Below the pieces are notes generated by a model. The model saw only the letters and a program-made list of their open reading frames with translations. It had not been told where the DNA came from and did not search any database. Of a stretch of 64,000 bases of DNA, positions 1 to 8,900 are shown piece by piece (within the stretch, counting starts at the first letter, position 1; the number at the start of each line of letters is the position of its first letter). Where the stretch lies: contig OY968769.1 of assembly GCA_963695345.1 (NCBI GenBank), positions 1,824,001 through 1,888,000 on the forward strand, read 5' to 3'. Position numbers and translations under genes: made by a program. The stretch comes from an uncultured Methanomassiliicoccales archaeon (GTDB lineage: Archaea > Thermoplasmatota > Thermoplasmata > Methanomassiliicoccales > UBA472).

Positions 1-1051
1 TGACGTTGCGCACCGCGGCGTCCGCCTCCCTGACTCCGATCTCGGTGCGGTGGTAGATGCATGGGTCTTGCAGGTGGTGGAGCCCTTCGGGGTCGTCGGG
101 ATAGGATCCGGAGACCACACACGTCGCAATCGCCCAGCTTCGTCTGGTCGCGCTCAGGTTGTAGCCTCCTCCGCCGACCACCACGTATCGTCCCCCGCAT
201 AGATGGTGCGCCAGGTGATGGGTGGTTTCGGCAATACGCTCGAAAGCCTTGGTGGTCAGACCGAGACGGACCATGTCGTCGTCCCGGTGAGCATCGGTTC
301 CGAACAGGTGAAGGATGAAATCCGGCTTGTATTCCCTCAGGGCCTCGGTGATTACCTTCCGGAAAGCCGGGACGTAAACCTCATCCTGGGTGCCGCATGG
401 CAAAGGGACGTTGATGCAATAGCCACATCCTTCCCCCTTACCTATTTCCTTGACCGATCCGGTGGAAGGGAAGAACCCGTTCCCGAAGCGGTGGAATGAG
501 ATGGTGAGGACCTTTTCCTCATAGAAGATCGATTGGGTCCCGTCTCCGTGATGCCCGTCCGTGTCCACCACTGCGATCCTTTTGAAGCCGTAATCCTGCT
601 GCAGCATCCTGACAGCGATCGCCACATCATTGAAGATGGAGAACCCGGCAGCGCCATCCGGCCGTGCGTGATGGAACCCTCCGGAAGGGTTCATGGCGTG
701 CTCATAGCGTCCTTCTGCAACCGCTCTGCACGCATCAAGCGTTCCACCGACGCAGGACAGCGCTCCCTCGAACAATGTTGGAGTGGCTGGAGTATCGCCG
801 TCATCCAGGTAGCCATGGCCTCGGGCGCATTCCGCTTTGACCCTATCGATATACTCCGGACTGTGGACGCGCTCTATCTGGTAGATGTCCGCAAGCTTCG
901 GTTCGACCATGACCAGGTTCTCACCGAAAACGCCCATATCCTGCAACGTTTCTTTGATCAGGCGGTACCTGATCGGTTGCGAGGGATGATCTGGTCCGAA
1001 CTGATAGTTGAGCATGCCGTCGCTGTAGTAAAAGGCAGTCGGATTGGGCAT
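1..1051 (-). CDS. Histone deacetylase family / AcuC-like deacetylase (3' end beyond window)
   Basis: Not in ORF track; manual translation MPNPTAFYYSD...GPDHP...GGFHHA...GFSIFND...DTDGHHGDGT...GGGGY, the class I/II HDAC motifs. Confidence 0.9.
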   Translation of the reverse strand, partial: MPNPTAFYYSDGMLNYQFGPDHPSQPIRYRLIKETLQDMGVFGENLVMVEPKLADIYQIERVHSPEYIDRVKAECARGHGYLDDGDTPATPTLFEGALSCVGGTLDACRAVAEGRYEHAMNPSGGFHHARPDGAAGFSIFNDVAIAVRMLQQDYGFKRIAVVDTDGHHGDGTQSIFYEEKVLTISFHRFGNGFFPSTGSVKEIGKGEGCGYCINVPLPCGTQDEVYVPAFRKVITEALREYKPDFILHLFGTDAHRDDDMVRLGLTTKAFERIAETTHHLAHHLCGGRYVVVGGGGYNLSATRRSWAIATCVVSGSYPDDPEGLHHLQDPCIYHRTEIGVREADAAVRNV

Positions 1052-1263
1052 CTTCGGACCTCAGGGGTCATCTACTCTTCTTAATCAATAAATTTTGCTT
1101 CGATACAACGTTATGAAGGCAATGATGGCGACCTGTAATCGAAAGGAAAGTACCTAAAAGCCGCGAACGGTCTAAGGTTGTCAAAAACACAATCTAGGTG
1201 TGCAGTTCCTCCAGTGGGAAGTCCCAGGGAAAGATTCTTGAGGGAGGTCTGATTGCTACATTC

Positions 1264-1605
1264 ATGCGTTGCCTACTGCGGGGGAAGATCCACCGCGCTA
1301 CAGTCACCGAGACGAACACCGAGTATATCGGTAGCATCGTCATCGATCAGGACCTGCTACGGGCGGCTGACATATGGCCAGGGGAGAGACTGCTTATCTC
1401 CGATATCAATAATGCAGCCCGTTTTGAGACCTACGCGGTAGAGGGTAAGGCAGGGTCCGGGCAGATAATGGTCAATGGCGCGGCGGCCAAGTTGGTCAAC
1501 AAGGGCGACAAGATCATCATCATGGCGTTCGAGTACACCGATGTACCGGTGGAACCAAAGACCATTCTGGTCGATGAGAAGAACCGCTATGTCAAGCGGC
1601 TCTAG
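1264..1605 (+). CDS. panD: Pyruvoyl-dependent aspartate 1-decarboxylase
   Basis: KIHRATVT, YIGSI self-cleavage site, RFETY, NGAAA. Confidence 0.93.
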   Translation: MRCLLRGKIHRATVTETNTEYIGSIVIDQDLLRAADIWPGERLLISDINNAARFETYAVEGKAGSGQIMVNGAAAKLVNKGDKIIIMAFEYTDVPVEPKTILVDEKNRYVKRL

Positions 1606-1641
1606 GCAATATTTTCTATTCGTTCCTGCCTTGCGCATCCG

Positions 1642-2058
1642 ATGAGATTAAGATTGTACACCGATGGCGGGTCTAGGGGAAACCCCGGTCCTTCGGCTTA
1701 CGCATTCATCCTAATGTCCGAGGACGGCAAGACGATCCAAGAGGGCTCCCACTTCCTCGGCAAGGCCACCAACAACGAGGCGGAATATAGCGGTCTGCTC
1801 GCTGGACTGGCCGCGGCCCGGGAGAAGGGCGCCGATGAGATCGAGGTGACCATGGACAGTGAACTGGTGGTCAGGCAGATGCAGGGCATCTATGCGGTCA
1901 AGTCCCCCAACCTCATGCCTCTCTACAAAGAGGCCAGGTTGAGATTCTCAAGTTTCAATAAACCCGTGATCCTTCACGCCCCTAGGGAACACCCCGTCAT
2001 CACGAAGGCAGATGCGCTGCTGAACGGGGAGCTCGATCGGTGTACAAAGCGCAAATGA
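1642..2058 (+). CDS. rnhA: Ribonuclease HI family
   Basis: YTDGGSRGNPGP, TNNEAEY, DSELVVRQ. Confidence 0.92.
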   Translation: MRLRLYTDGGSRGNPGPSAYAFILMSEDGKTIQEGSHFLGKATNNEAEYSGLLAGLAAAREKGADEIEVTMDSELVVRQMQGIYAVKSPNLMPLYKEARLRFSSFNKPVILHAPREHPVITKADALLNGELDRCTKRK

Positions 2059-2118
2059 ACGCCATTCGCGGCAACAGTTATTTCTAACTGACAAAACCAA
2101 GCTCTATCGGTGATAGAA

Positions 2119-2316
2119 ATGGTTCAGAAAGTGATAGAGATAGTTGGGATATCGAAGAAAGGATTCGATGAGGCTGCCAAGAACGCGATAGAAACTGCTG
2201 CGAAAACCGTGAGGAACATACAATGGGCCCGCGTTTCGGAATTCGAATGTAAGTGCGGGGAAGGAGAGATCGTTGATTTCAGAGCTCTTGTGAGGATATA
2301 CTTCGACGTTGATTGA
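2119..2316 (+). CDS. Dodecin family protein
   Basis: KVIEIVGIS..GFDEAAKNAI..AAKTVRNIQW, 65 aa. Confidence 0.88.
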   Translation: MVQKVIEIVGISKKGFDEAAKNAIETAAKTVRNIQWARVSEFECKCGEGEIVDFRALVRIYFDVD

Positions 2317-2513
2317 AGGACTTCTATCGTGATCAATTTGATCTTGGCCAACGTAGGTCATGGATCCTAGAAGGAGACCAACTGCTATTGGACTTCAGAT
2401 AGCATGGGCGTTTTTCTTGTTCATGCCATGCAATCACCATTCGGTTCGCTGGATCAACGAAATTTGAACGAATAGAAGAATAACCGGGAATATTTTGTTA
2501 TAGTAATAAAATA

Positions 2514-2521
2514 TTTATATA
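2514..2521 (+). promoter_or_regulatory. TATA box for putative sRNA copy 1
   Basis: A-rich tract then TTTATATA about 20 nt upstream of the structured element; no sense CDS downstream. Confidence 0.6.
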
Positions 2522-2539
2522 AGATGGCGAATCGTCGGT

Positions 2540-2624
2540 TTGGCGTGCGGGGCCCGGTGACTCAACTGTCCTCCTAAGATCAGTTCTTCAATACTCCCCC
2601 AATAAATCCGGTCCCCGGCGCCAA
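2540..2624 (+). ncRNA. Putative structured sRNA, copy 1 (anti-SD-like loop family)
   Basis: Terminal stem TTGGCG..GGGG.CCGG / CCGG.CCCC..CGCCAA; inner hairpin AACTG/CAGTT with CTCCTAA loop; 32/36 core identity to the reverse complement of 23826-23905. Confidence 0.7.
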
Positions 2625-2627
2625 GAT

Positions 2628-3875
2628 TCATTGTCGCAGAAGTTCGACCAGGTCATTGTTCTTTACCAATGACTGTTCTCCTGAGCTCATGTCCCGCAGA
2701 GTGACCGAACCTGCTTCCTCTTCCTTTTCGCCAACAATGATGGCATAACGGGCACCGATCGAATCGGCATATTTGAAATTCTTGGCCAGGTTGCGCCTCA
2801 TGAGATCTATGTCGGCGACGATTCCGGATTCCCTCAGGTTAGCCACGATTGTGAATGCCCGTACACGCATCTTTTCATTGACCGGGATGACGTAGACCTG
2901 AATGCCGGTCTTCGGGGATATCATTCCCTCGCGTTGTAAGGCAAGAAGTATCCTGTCGAATCCGATCCCAAATCCACTGGAGAATACCTTTTCCCCTCCG
3001 AAAAGCTCTGACAGCGAATAGGAACCGCCACCGCAGACCTGTTTCTCCGCACCTAGCGAGGGGGCGTCTGCTTCGAACACCATACCAGTATAGTAGGCTA
3101 GTCCCCTCACCACGCCCAGGTCGACAGAGACGTTGGTGAATCCATAGGCGTTCAGGACCGCAAAGACCTGTTCAAGATGTTCCTTGGCCTCACCCGAGAA
3201 CCCGTCAAGGACCGACGTCGGGCCCGTTATCTGAGTGGTCCTGATGACGTCTTCAGCGGTCTCTTCGCTCATACCTGCCTCTTTCATGATCGGACGGGCT
3301 TCATCGTAGAGCTTCTTATCCAATTTTTGAAGGATCTTCAGCATGTCATCGGGTTTGACGCCAGCCGACGCTAGCTTCGAACGCAATATCCCGATGTGAC
3401 CGACCCTGATCTTGTAGTCCTTCAATCCGGTCCGCTTGATTATTGAAGCGGCCAAACCAATGACCTCAGCGTCAGATTCCGGAGTGGGGGCCCCGATCAG
3501 TTCGGCCCCGAACTGAAAGAACTCACGATAGCGGCCGGATTGGGGCCTTTCGTACCGGAAGCACTGCCCGAAGTAGAACATCTTGAGCGGCCGTGGATAG
3601 GTGGTAAGATCGCTCAAGAAGAAACGGATGACCGGTGCGGTGAGCTCAGGCCTCAGGCAGATCTCGCGATCGCCCTTGTCCTTGAAAGCGTACATCTCAT
3701 CGACGATGCCCGGGCCGGATTTGATAACAAAAAGGTCAGTTGTTTCGAAGATCGGGGTGGAGACCTCGCGGAATCCATGGGTCCTGGCGACATCCCTCAT
3801 GAGCGATTCGAAGTACCTCCTCGTTTCCATCTCCTCGGGGCCGAAGTCCCTCGTCCCGCGCGGCCGCTGAATCAT
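2628..3875 (-). CDS. hisS: Histidine--tRNA ligase
   Basis: RGTRD, LRPELTAP, FRYERPQSGRYREF, RGLAYYTG, GFGIGFDR. Confidence 0.97.
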   Translation of the reverse strand: MIQRPRGTRDFGPEEMETRRYFESLMRDVARTHGFREVSTPIFETTDLFVIKSGPGIVDEMYAFKDKGDREICLRPELTAPVIRFFLSDLTTYPRPLKMFYFGQCFRYERPQSGRYREFFQFGAELIGAPTPESDAEVIGLAASIIKRTGLKDYKIRVGHIGILRSKLASAGVKPDDMLKILQKLDKKLYDEARPIMKEAGMSEETAEDVIRTTQITGPTSVLDGFSGEAKEHLEQVFAVLNAYGFTNVSVDLGVVRGLAYYTGMVFEADAPSLGAEKQVCGGGSYSLSELFGGEKVFSSGFGIGFDRILLALQREGMISPKTGIQVYVIPVNEKMRVRAFTIVANLRESGIVADIDLMRRNLAKNFKYADSIGARYAIIVGEKEEEAGSVTLRDMSSGEQSLVKNNDLVELLRQ

Positions 3876-4022
3876 GCCCGAGCAATATTGTGGACGGTAT
3901 TAACTCTTTCTTTGCTCAGTAGGCGCGGCCTCAGCTGACTGACTCATGTTACAGCAATAATGAAAAGAAAAAAAACAATTGGAAATTGTTTGGTGAAAGG
4001 GTTTGTGGCTTCGGTTGGCTGC

Positions 4023-4715
4023 TTAAGCTGCCTTCTTTGCCGGGGTCGCCATCCACTTGAAGACCCAGGAACCGATGACTCCTCCGATGATCGGCGCGAC
4101 CACGAATAGCCATGCTTGTTCCAGTGCCTTGCCGCCAGCGAACAGTGCCGGGGACAGGTCCCTGATTGGGTTGATGCCAGCTCCGTCAAGGCCACCGGTG
4201 AATAGGATGATCGCACCGACGACGAGACCGATCGAGACTCCAGCCATCGCCTCGTTGCCCTTGTTTCCCAATGATCCAAGGATAACGATCTGCAGGATGA
4301 AGGCGCTCAACAGTTCAATTATGAAGACAGGTACCATTCCATAGCCTGTTGCCGTGTCCGGGTCTGTGTAGGACGTGGTTCCAAAGCTTCCAACGACCGA
4401 GTGTGCATCCATGTACACATAGTACAGGATTGCTGCACCGATGATACCGCCAATGATCTGCATGACGACATAGATGACCATGTCCTTGGTCTTCATGCCT
4501 CCAATTGACCAGACACCAATGGACACTGCCGGGTTGATGTGGCAACCGGATATTGGTCCGATCGTGTAGATCAGCGACATCACGATTATTCCGAAAGCTA
4601 GCGCCGGTACGACAAGGTTAATAGTATCGCCTAGGACCAAGCCAAAAAGCAATGATCCTACACCAACCATAACCAACAGCATACTGCCTATCAATTCTGC
4701 TACGTAGTTCTTCGT
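4023..4715 (-). CDS. MIP family channel (aquaporin); probable start at ACG 4713-4715
   Basis: SGCHINPAVS and GINPIRD motifs; six hydrophobic segments; N-terminal KNYVAELIG. Confidence 0.9.
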   Translation of the reverse strand, partial: TKNYVAELIGSMLLVMVGVGSLLFGLVLGDTINLVVPALAFGIIVMSLIYTIGPISGCHINPAVSIGVWSIGGMKTKDMVIYVVMQIIGGIIGAAILYYVYMDAHSVVGSFGTTSYTDPDTATGYGMVPVFIIELLSAFILQIVILGSLGNKGNEAMAGVSIGLVVGAIILFTGGLDGAGINPIRDLSPALFAGGKALEQAWLFVVAPIIGGVIGSWVFKWMATPAKKAA

Positions 4716-5094
4716 TGTCTTTCCCCCCTAATAAGATATTGGTTATAAAAATCTCAAAGAACATTTTAAAGGTTGTGGTCGGAGCGAACCTATTTTTTTG
4801 GTAGGAAACGACTTAACGGGTAGTTGGGCGGACAGCATACTCCCCCCTTTGCATTAATCGTTTAAGTTTAAATAATAGTGAAAGTTTTTTAGATTGAAGG
4901 TTAATCCATCCAGCAAATAAAAAGGAGTCGTCCGGTTCATATCTGGATGAATAGTGCTTCTGAATAAGCGCTCATAGGGTATTTTGTAAGGAGGTTTGTT
5001 AACATTCAAACCTGAGTTCGCAAGTTTACCTTATTGGCACGAATTGGCTAAGGAAGAAGGGACAGGTAAAGATGTCCCCTAGAAAAATGGTCGA

Positions 5095-5277
5095 TCACTC
5101 CTTCTTTTCCTCGCCGGGGGCGGGCTCAGCGACCTTTTCCTCAAAATAGGCCTTGATCTTCCCGCATTTCGGGCATTCGACAATGTGGACGAAGCGGTTG
5201 TTCTCCGGCTCGTCGAATGTATCGTTTATTTCCTTGTCGGTCAACTCATAGTTGCATTCGCACTTTATCGATTTCAT
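5095..5277 (-). CDS. Small putative zinc-binding protein
   Basis: 60 aa from ATG 5277; CxC...CPKCG. Confidence 0.65.
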   Translation of the reverse strand: MKSIKCECNYELTDKEINDTFDEPENNRFVHIVECPKCGKIKAYFEEKVAEPAPGEEKKE

Positions 5278-5692
5278 CAAAGCACCGATCGAATTCCCGA
5301 TGCTATTCATCAATATGTTTTCTTGGGTGAGGTGCGTCCTATCTGTGGATAACATCTTGTTCGGATGTGTTGGGGTTTCTAGTATTGATATGTAAAATCA
5401 GCTCGTCTGTTTGTTCATACTCAGTATGAACATTCTCCGGTGAACGGAGGTCGGGGAAGTGTTTGCTGGCGGCGCCGCTGTATTGCACATCGATGACATA
5501 TCTCGCGGTCCATGGCCCAATTGATGGCCTCGGGACCGTCGGGATGCCTTAGGTTTCTAAATCATGGTCTAGCGATTGCTCATGCCATGATGGTCAAAGG
5601 CGATGGCCACAGATTAATATTAGAAAACACATTTTGTTCTATTGTGGTCTGGCCAGGTCTAGGCTGGCCACTCCGTCAATGGGGGAAGAGAA

Positions 5693-6652
5693 GTGTCGAA
5701 CGTTTCGGACAAAAATGGGAGTTTCGCGATCGCTGTTGTTGTACTCATGGTCGTGCTGGTTGTGGTCCTTGCGATCGCCGCCGTGCTGTTCCTTCCGGTT
5801 AAGTCGGTCAACTTTGATGAATCAAGGAGCGTAACCTCGACGGCCGGTGTGAACAAATTGAGTCTCCGGCTGAGCGCCGATTTGGGAGAAGTTCAGGTCA
5901 CCTATGCTAACCTGAGCGGTCTGGCCCTCAGCCTGCATGTGACGGCAAAAGGCTCGGTCGGCTTTCTGATGGACCCCAATACGATATCCCTCGATTTCGT
6001 CCAGAGCACATCGGCCGACACCGCGTTGGTGAACGCCTCAGTGAATGTAAGGGACCGACTGCTAGGGGCCTCGAACCTCAACCTCCAATGCATCGTCCAG
6101 ATAGACGATTCAATGCGTTCCAAGCTGGATCTGTCGACATCCACCGGGAGTGTTCTGGTCAACAGTACCAATGCCAGTGCCTTCGATCAGATCAGCATGA
6201 GCGTCAAGACCGGAGCGGTCAATCTGAAGATAGCTTCCGGCGTATCCCTCTACGGCGACATCACCCTGTCCACGAACGTCGGCGCCTCCTTCCTTGATTG
6301 GACGGATCCATTGGTTATGGAAGACATCAAGGTCGTGTCTTCGACCAAGACCGGCGGTTTGGAAATGAACATCAATCAGACCGCTCCGATGGACCGGACG
6401 GTCATCTTGAACGGAACGACCGCCACGGGCGGTGTGTCCCTTAATATGGGCATCAGAGGAAACGTGAGCGCCTCCATCGAATCGGAGACCGGGCTGGGGG
6501 GAGTTCATGTTGGGAGCAGGACCGGGTTCAATGGGACGGATAACGCATTGAAATCAACCAACTATCCGTCCTCAGGCAACTTCGAGGTCACCCTAAAGAC
6601 GAACGTAGGCGGTGTCGATGTGAACGCCCTGAGCGTTCCCTCCAACGTCTGA
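5693..6652 (+). CDS. Membrane-anchored beta-strand repeat protein (DUF4097/adhesin-like)
   Basis: N-terminal TM helix; repeated (S/T)xxGx(V/L) units. Confidence 0.7.
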   Translation: MSNVSDKNGSFAIAVVVLMVVLVVVLAIAAVLFLPVKSVNFDESRSVTSTAGVNKLSLRLSADLGEVQVTYANLSGLALSLHVTAKGSVGFLMDPNTISLDFVQSTSADTALVNASVNVRDRLLGASNLNLQCIVQIDDSMRSKLDLSTSTGSVLVNSTNASAFDQISMSVKTGAVNLKIASGVSLYGDITLSTNVGASFLDWTDPLVMEDIKVVSSTKTGGLEMNINQTAPMDRTVILNGTTATGGVSLNMGIRGNVSASIESETGLGGVHVGSRTGFNGTDNALKSTNYPSSGNFEVTLKTNVGGVDVNALSVPSNV

Positions 6653-6695
6653 GACAAAACCACTTCCGAATTTTCCAATGACGCGAGGATGAATC

Positions 6696-7283
6696 ATGGC
6701 ATTGACGATCCGCAGGATGGAGGAGAAACTGTTGCGAGGGGCCATAGAGGAACTGAAGGCACGTTATAGCGCCTATCCGAGTCAGCTCGATCCGAAGGAT
6801 GAGAAGGAGTCCAAGATGATCCAGCCAAGATCTCGCGTCTATGAGGCCCTGGTCAGGAAAAAGTTCGAGCTTGACCTACTGGACCGAAAATGGTATGTCG
6901 ACATCAATCCATTCCTGGGCGGAGGGCCGGAAGAACTGGACATGCACACACCGGACATGGTCGTCTTCCGTGACGGTCTGGTCATAGTCACAGAGACCAA
7001 ACAGATCAATGAGAAGTCGGAAGGCACCAAAATGGGCACCTTCTTCACCCAGGTCAAAGGTTACCGCGACTACTATGAGCAGAAGTTCGCGGAACCGGAC
7101 GTCAAGTTCATTTCCGTCCTGGTGACCAACAGCGACACCATCGTGAACTCTGGCTCCTACCAGTCGTTCAAAGGCATCGTCATCCTGTTCAACCCCGAGA
7201 ATTGGGAACAGGATGCCCTGAAGATGCTCGAGGAGGGCATCAGAGAGCTCGAAAGAACGGGCGGCCCGGTCCTGGTAAGGTAA
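6696..7283 (+). CDS. Hypothetical protein, possible PD-(D/E)XK nuclease fold
   Basis: PDMVV...TETK...QVKGY pattern. Confidence 0.55.
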   Translation: MALTIRRMEEKLLRGAIEELKARYSAYPSQLDPKDEKESKMIQPRSRVYEALVRKKFELDLLDRKWYVDINPFLGGGPEELDMHTPDMVVFRDGLVIVTETKQINEKSEGTKMGTFFTQVKGYRDYYEQKFAEPDVKFISVLVTNSDTIVNSGSYQSFKGIVILFNPENWEQDALKMLEEGIRELERTGGPVLVR

Positions 7284-7328
7284 GCGGAACCATTTTTAGG
7301 CAAGTGCTCGCCTCTCTATTCGATCAAG

Positions 7329-8708
7329 ATGTATTTTGCCAAGGTGAAATCCGAAGGTCTGGCCCACTTATCATATCTTGTCGGATCGGGCAACGAGGCG
7401 TGCGTGATCGATCCCCGCCGTGATTGCGAAGAATACCTGCGGATCGCGATGGAGAAGGAGATGCGCATCCGTTACATTTTCGAAACCCACCGGAATGAGG
7501 ACTACGCGATCGGCTCGGTCGAACTGGCCAGCATCACCGGGGCGGAGATATTCCACGGGGGGGCGGTTCCTTTCAACTACGGCCGCAATCTGTACGACGG
7601 TCAGGAGTTCGCCCTGGGGAACATACGTATACAGGCGATCGCCACGCCTGGCCACACCATTGAGCACTACTGTTACTCGCTCACCGACCTTTCTTCCGGG
7701 GACGAACCGGTCATGGTCTTCACCGGTGATGCGCTATTCGCCGGTGATGTGGGGCGTACCGACCTTTCCGGACATGAACGCAGGGAAGAGCTCTCTGGAA
7801 TGCTGTACGACTCCCTGTTCGATAAGGTCCTCCCGTTGGGAATGGGCGTGATCGTCCACCCCGCACATGGCGCTGGTTCTGTGTGCGGAGGGAACATCTC
7901 CGATCGAGACGTGACCTCCATCGGCATCGAGCTCGAGGTCAATCCGATGCTTTCGTTGACAAGAGAGCAGTTCGTAGAGGCCAAGATGAAGGAGAAGATC
8001 GAGCGCCCCCCCTATTTCACCAAGATGGAGGAGATCAACCTGAACGGTCCGCCGTTGATTGGACGACTGCCCTGTCCCAGGCCCCTTCCGGTCGCGGATT
8101 TCCGTTCGGCCATGAAAGGGAACATGACCGTTCTCGATGTCAGGATGCCGCACTCGTTCGGAGGGGCCCACATATCCGGTTCCCTGAGCCTATGGCTGGA
8201 CGGCCTCTCCCAGTATGGAGGATATCTTCTGGACTATGAAAAACCGATATTGCTGGTGGTTGAGAACCGGTCCCAATTGGAGGAAGTGGTGAGATCCCTG
8301 GTCCGGATAGGGTTCGACGACATACCCGGGTACCTGAGGGTGGGAATCGACACATGGTATCGGGCCGGGGCTCCGGTGGCGATGACCCAAATGACCACTC
8401 CCGCACAGGTCAAGGGATGGATGGAATCAGGGATGGATATGACGCTGGTTGACGTCAGAAACATCCACGAGCTGGGTTCCGGAGTGATCGCCAACTCCAA
8501 GCTCATACACCTTGGCTCGGTCGAGTCCCGTTCGGACGAGATCCCTCACGACAAGCCGGTCGTCATATACTGCTCATCTGGTTATCGGGGAGGGACAGGC
8601 GCAAGTCTGCTGCTCCGGAAAGGCTACTCCAATGTATGGAACATGCTCGGCGGCACAAATGCCTGGAAAGCCCTGGGATATCCGATGGTCGAACCGCCTC
8701 AGGACTGA
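7329..8708 (+). CDS. MBL-fold hydrolase fused to two rhodanese domains
   Basis: ETHRNED, TPGHT, FTGD, HPAHG; C-terminal YCSSGYR rhodanese loop. Confidence 0.9.
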   Translation: MYFAKVKSEGLAHLSYLVGSGNEACVIDPRRDCEEYLRIAMEKEMRIRYIFETHRNEDYAIGSVELASITGAEIFHGGAVPFNYGRNLYDGQEFALGNIRIQAIATPGHTIEHYCYSLTDLSSGDEPVMVFTGDALFAGDVGRTDLSGHERREELSGMLYDSLFDKVLPLGMGVIVHPAHGAGSVCGGNISDRDVTSIGIELEVNPMLSLTREQFVEAKMKEKIERPPYFTKMEEINLNGPPLIGRLPCPRPLPVADFRSAMKGNMTVLDVRMPHSFGGAHISGSLSLWLDGLSQYGGYLLDYEKPILLVVENRSQLEEVVRSLVRIGFDDIPGYLRVGIDTWYRAGAPVAMTQMTTPAQVKGWMESGMDMTLVDVRNIHELGSGVIANSKLIHLGSVESRSDEIPHDKPVVIYCSSGYRGGTGASLLLRKGYSNVWNMLGGTNAWKALGYPMVEPPQD

Positions 8709-8900
8709 ATGAACTTCAAGTAACTGACGCCCTCCAACTTTTCCAGTTGATCGAGGATGTTGTTGACACGGGATGCTTCCCCATCGCTCATGAGCAGGTT
8801 CATGCAGCGGTCCCCTCCGACGTGATTATGGATGTGGGTCTTGATCATTTCCTGGTTCTTGTGATAGCTCTCATCGATGGAGCGGTGTTGGTATGTATGG
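8699..8900 (-). pseudogene. NikR-like C-terminal metal-binding domain fragment
   Basis: IKTHIHNHVGGDRCMNLLMSDG...LEKLEGV; no N-terminal RHH domain or credible start. Confidence 0.55.

Noticed and set aside
1603-1644. The panD TAG is in frame with rnhA through 12 open codons, allowing a pyrrolysine read-through fusion
   Set aside because: Both proteins are full length alone, in-frame spacing is a one-in-three chance, and no pyl genes are in the window
2540-2624. tRNA-like look (about 85 nt, ends GCCA)
   Set aside because: No D or T arm consensus and no cloverleaf; the paralog does not fit a tRNA either
4925-5090. Short hairpins such as AGGTTTG/CAAACCT in an intergenic region
   Set aside because: No paralog, covariation or recognisable motif
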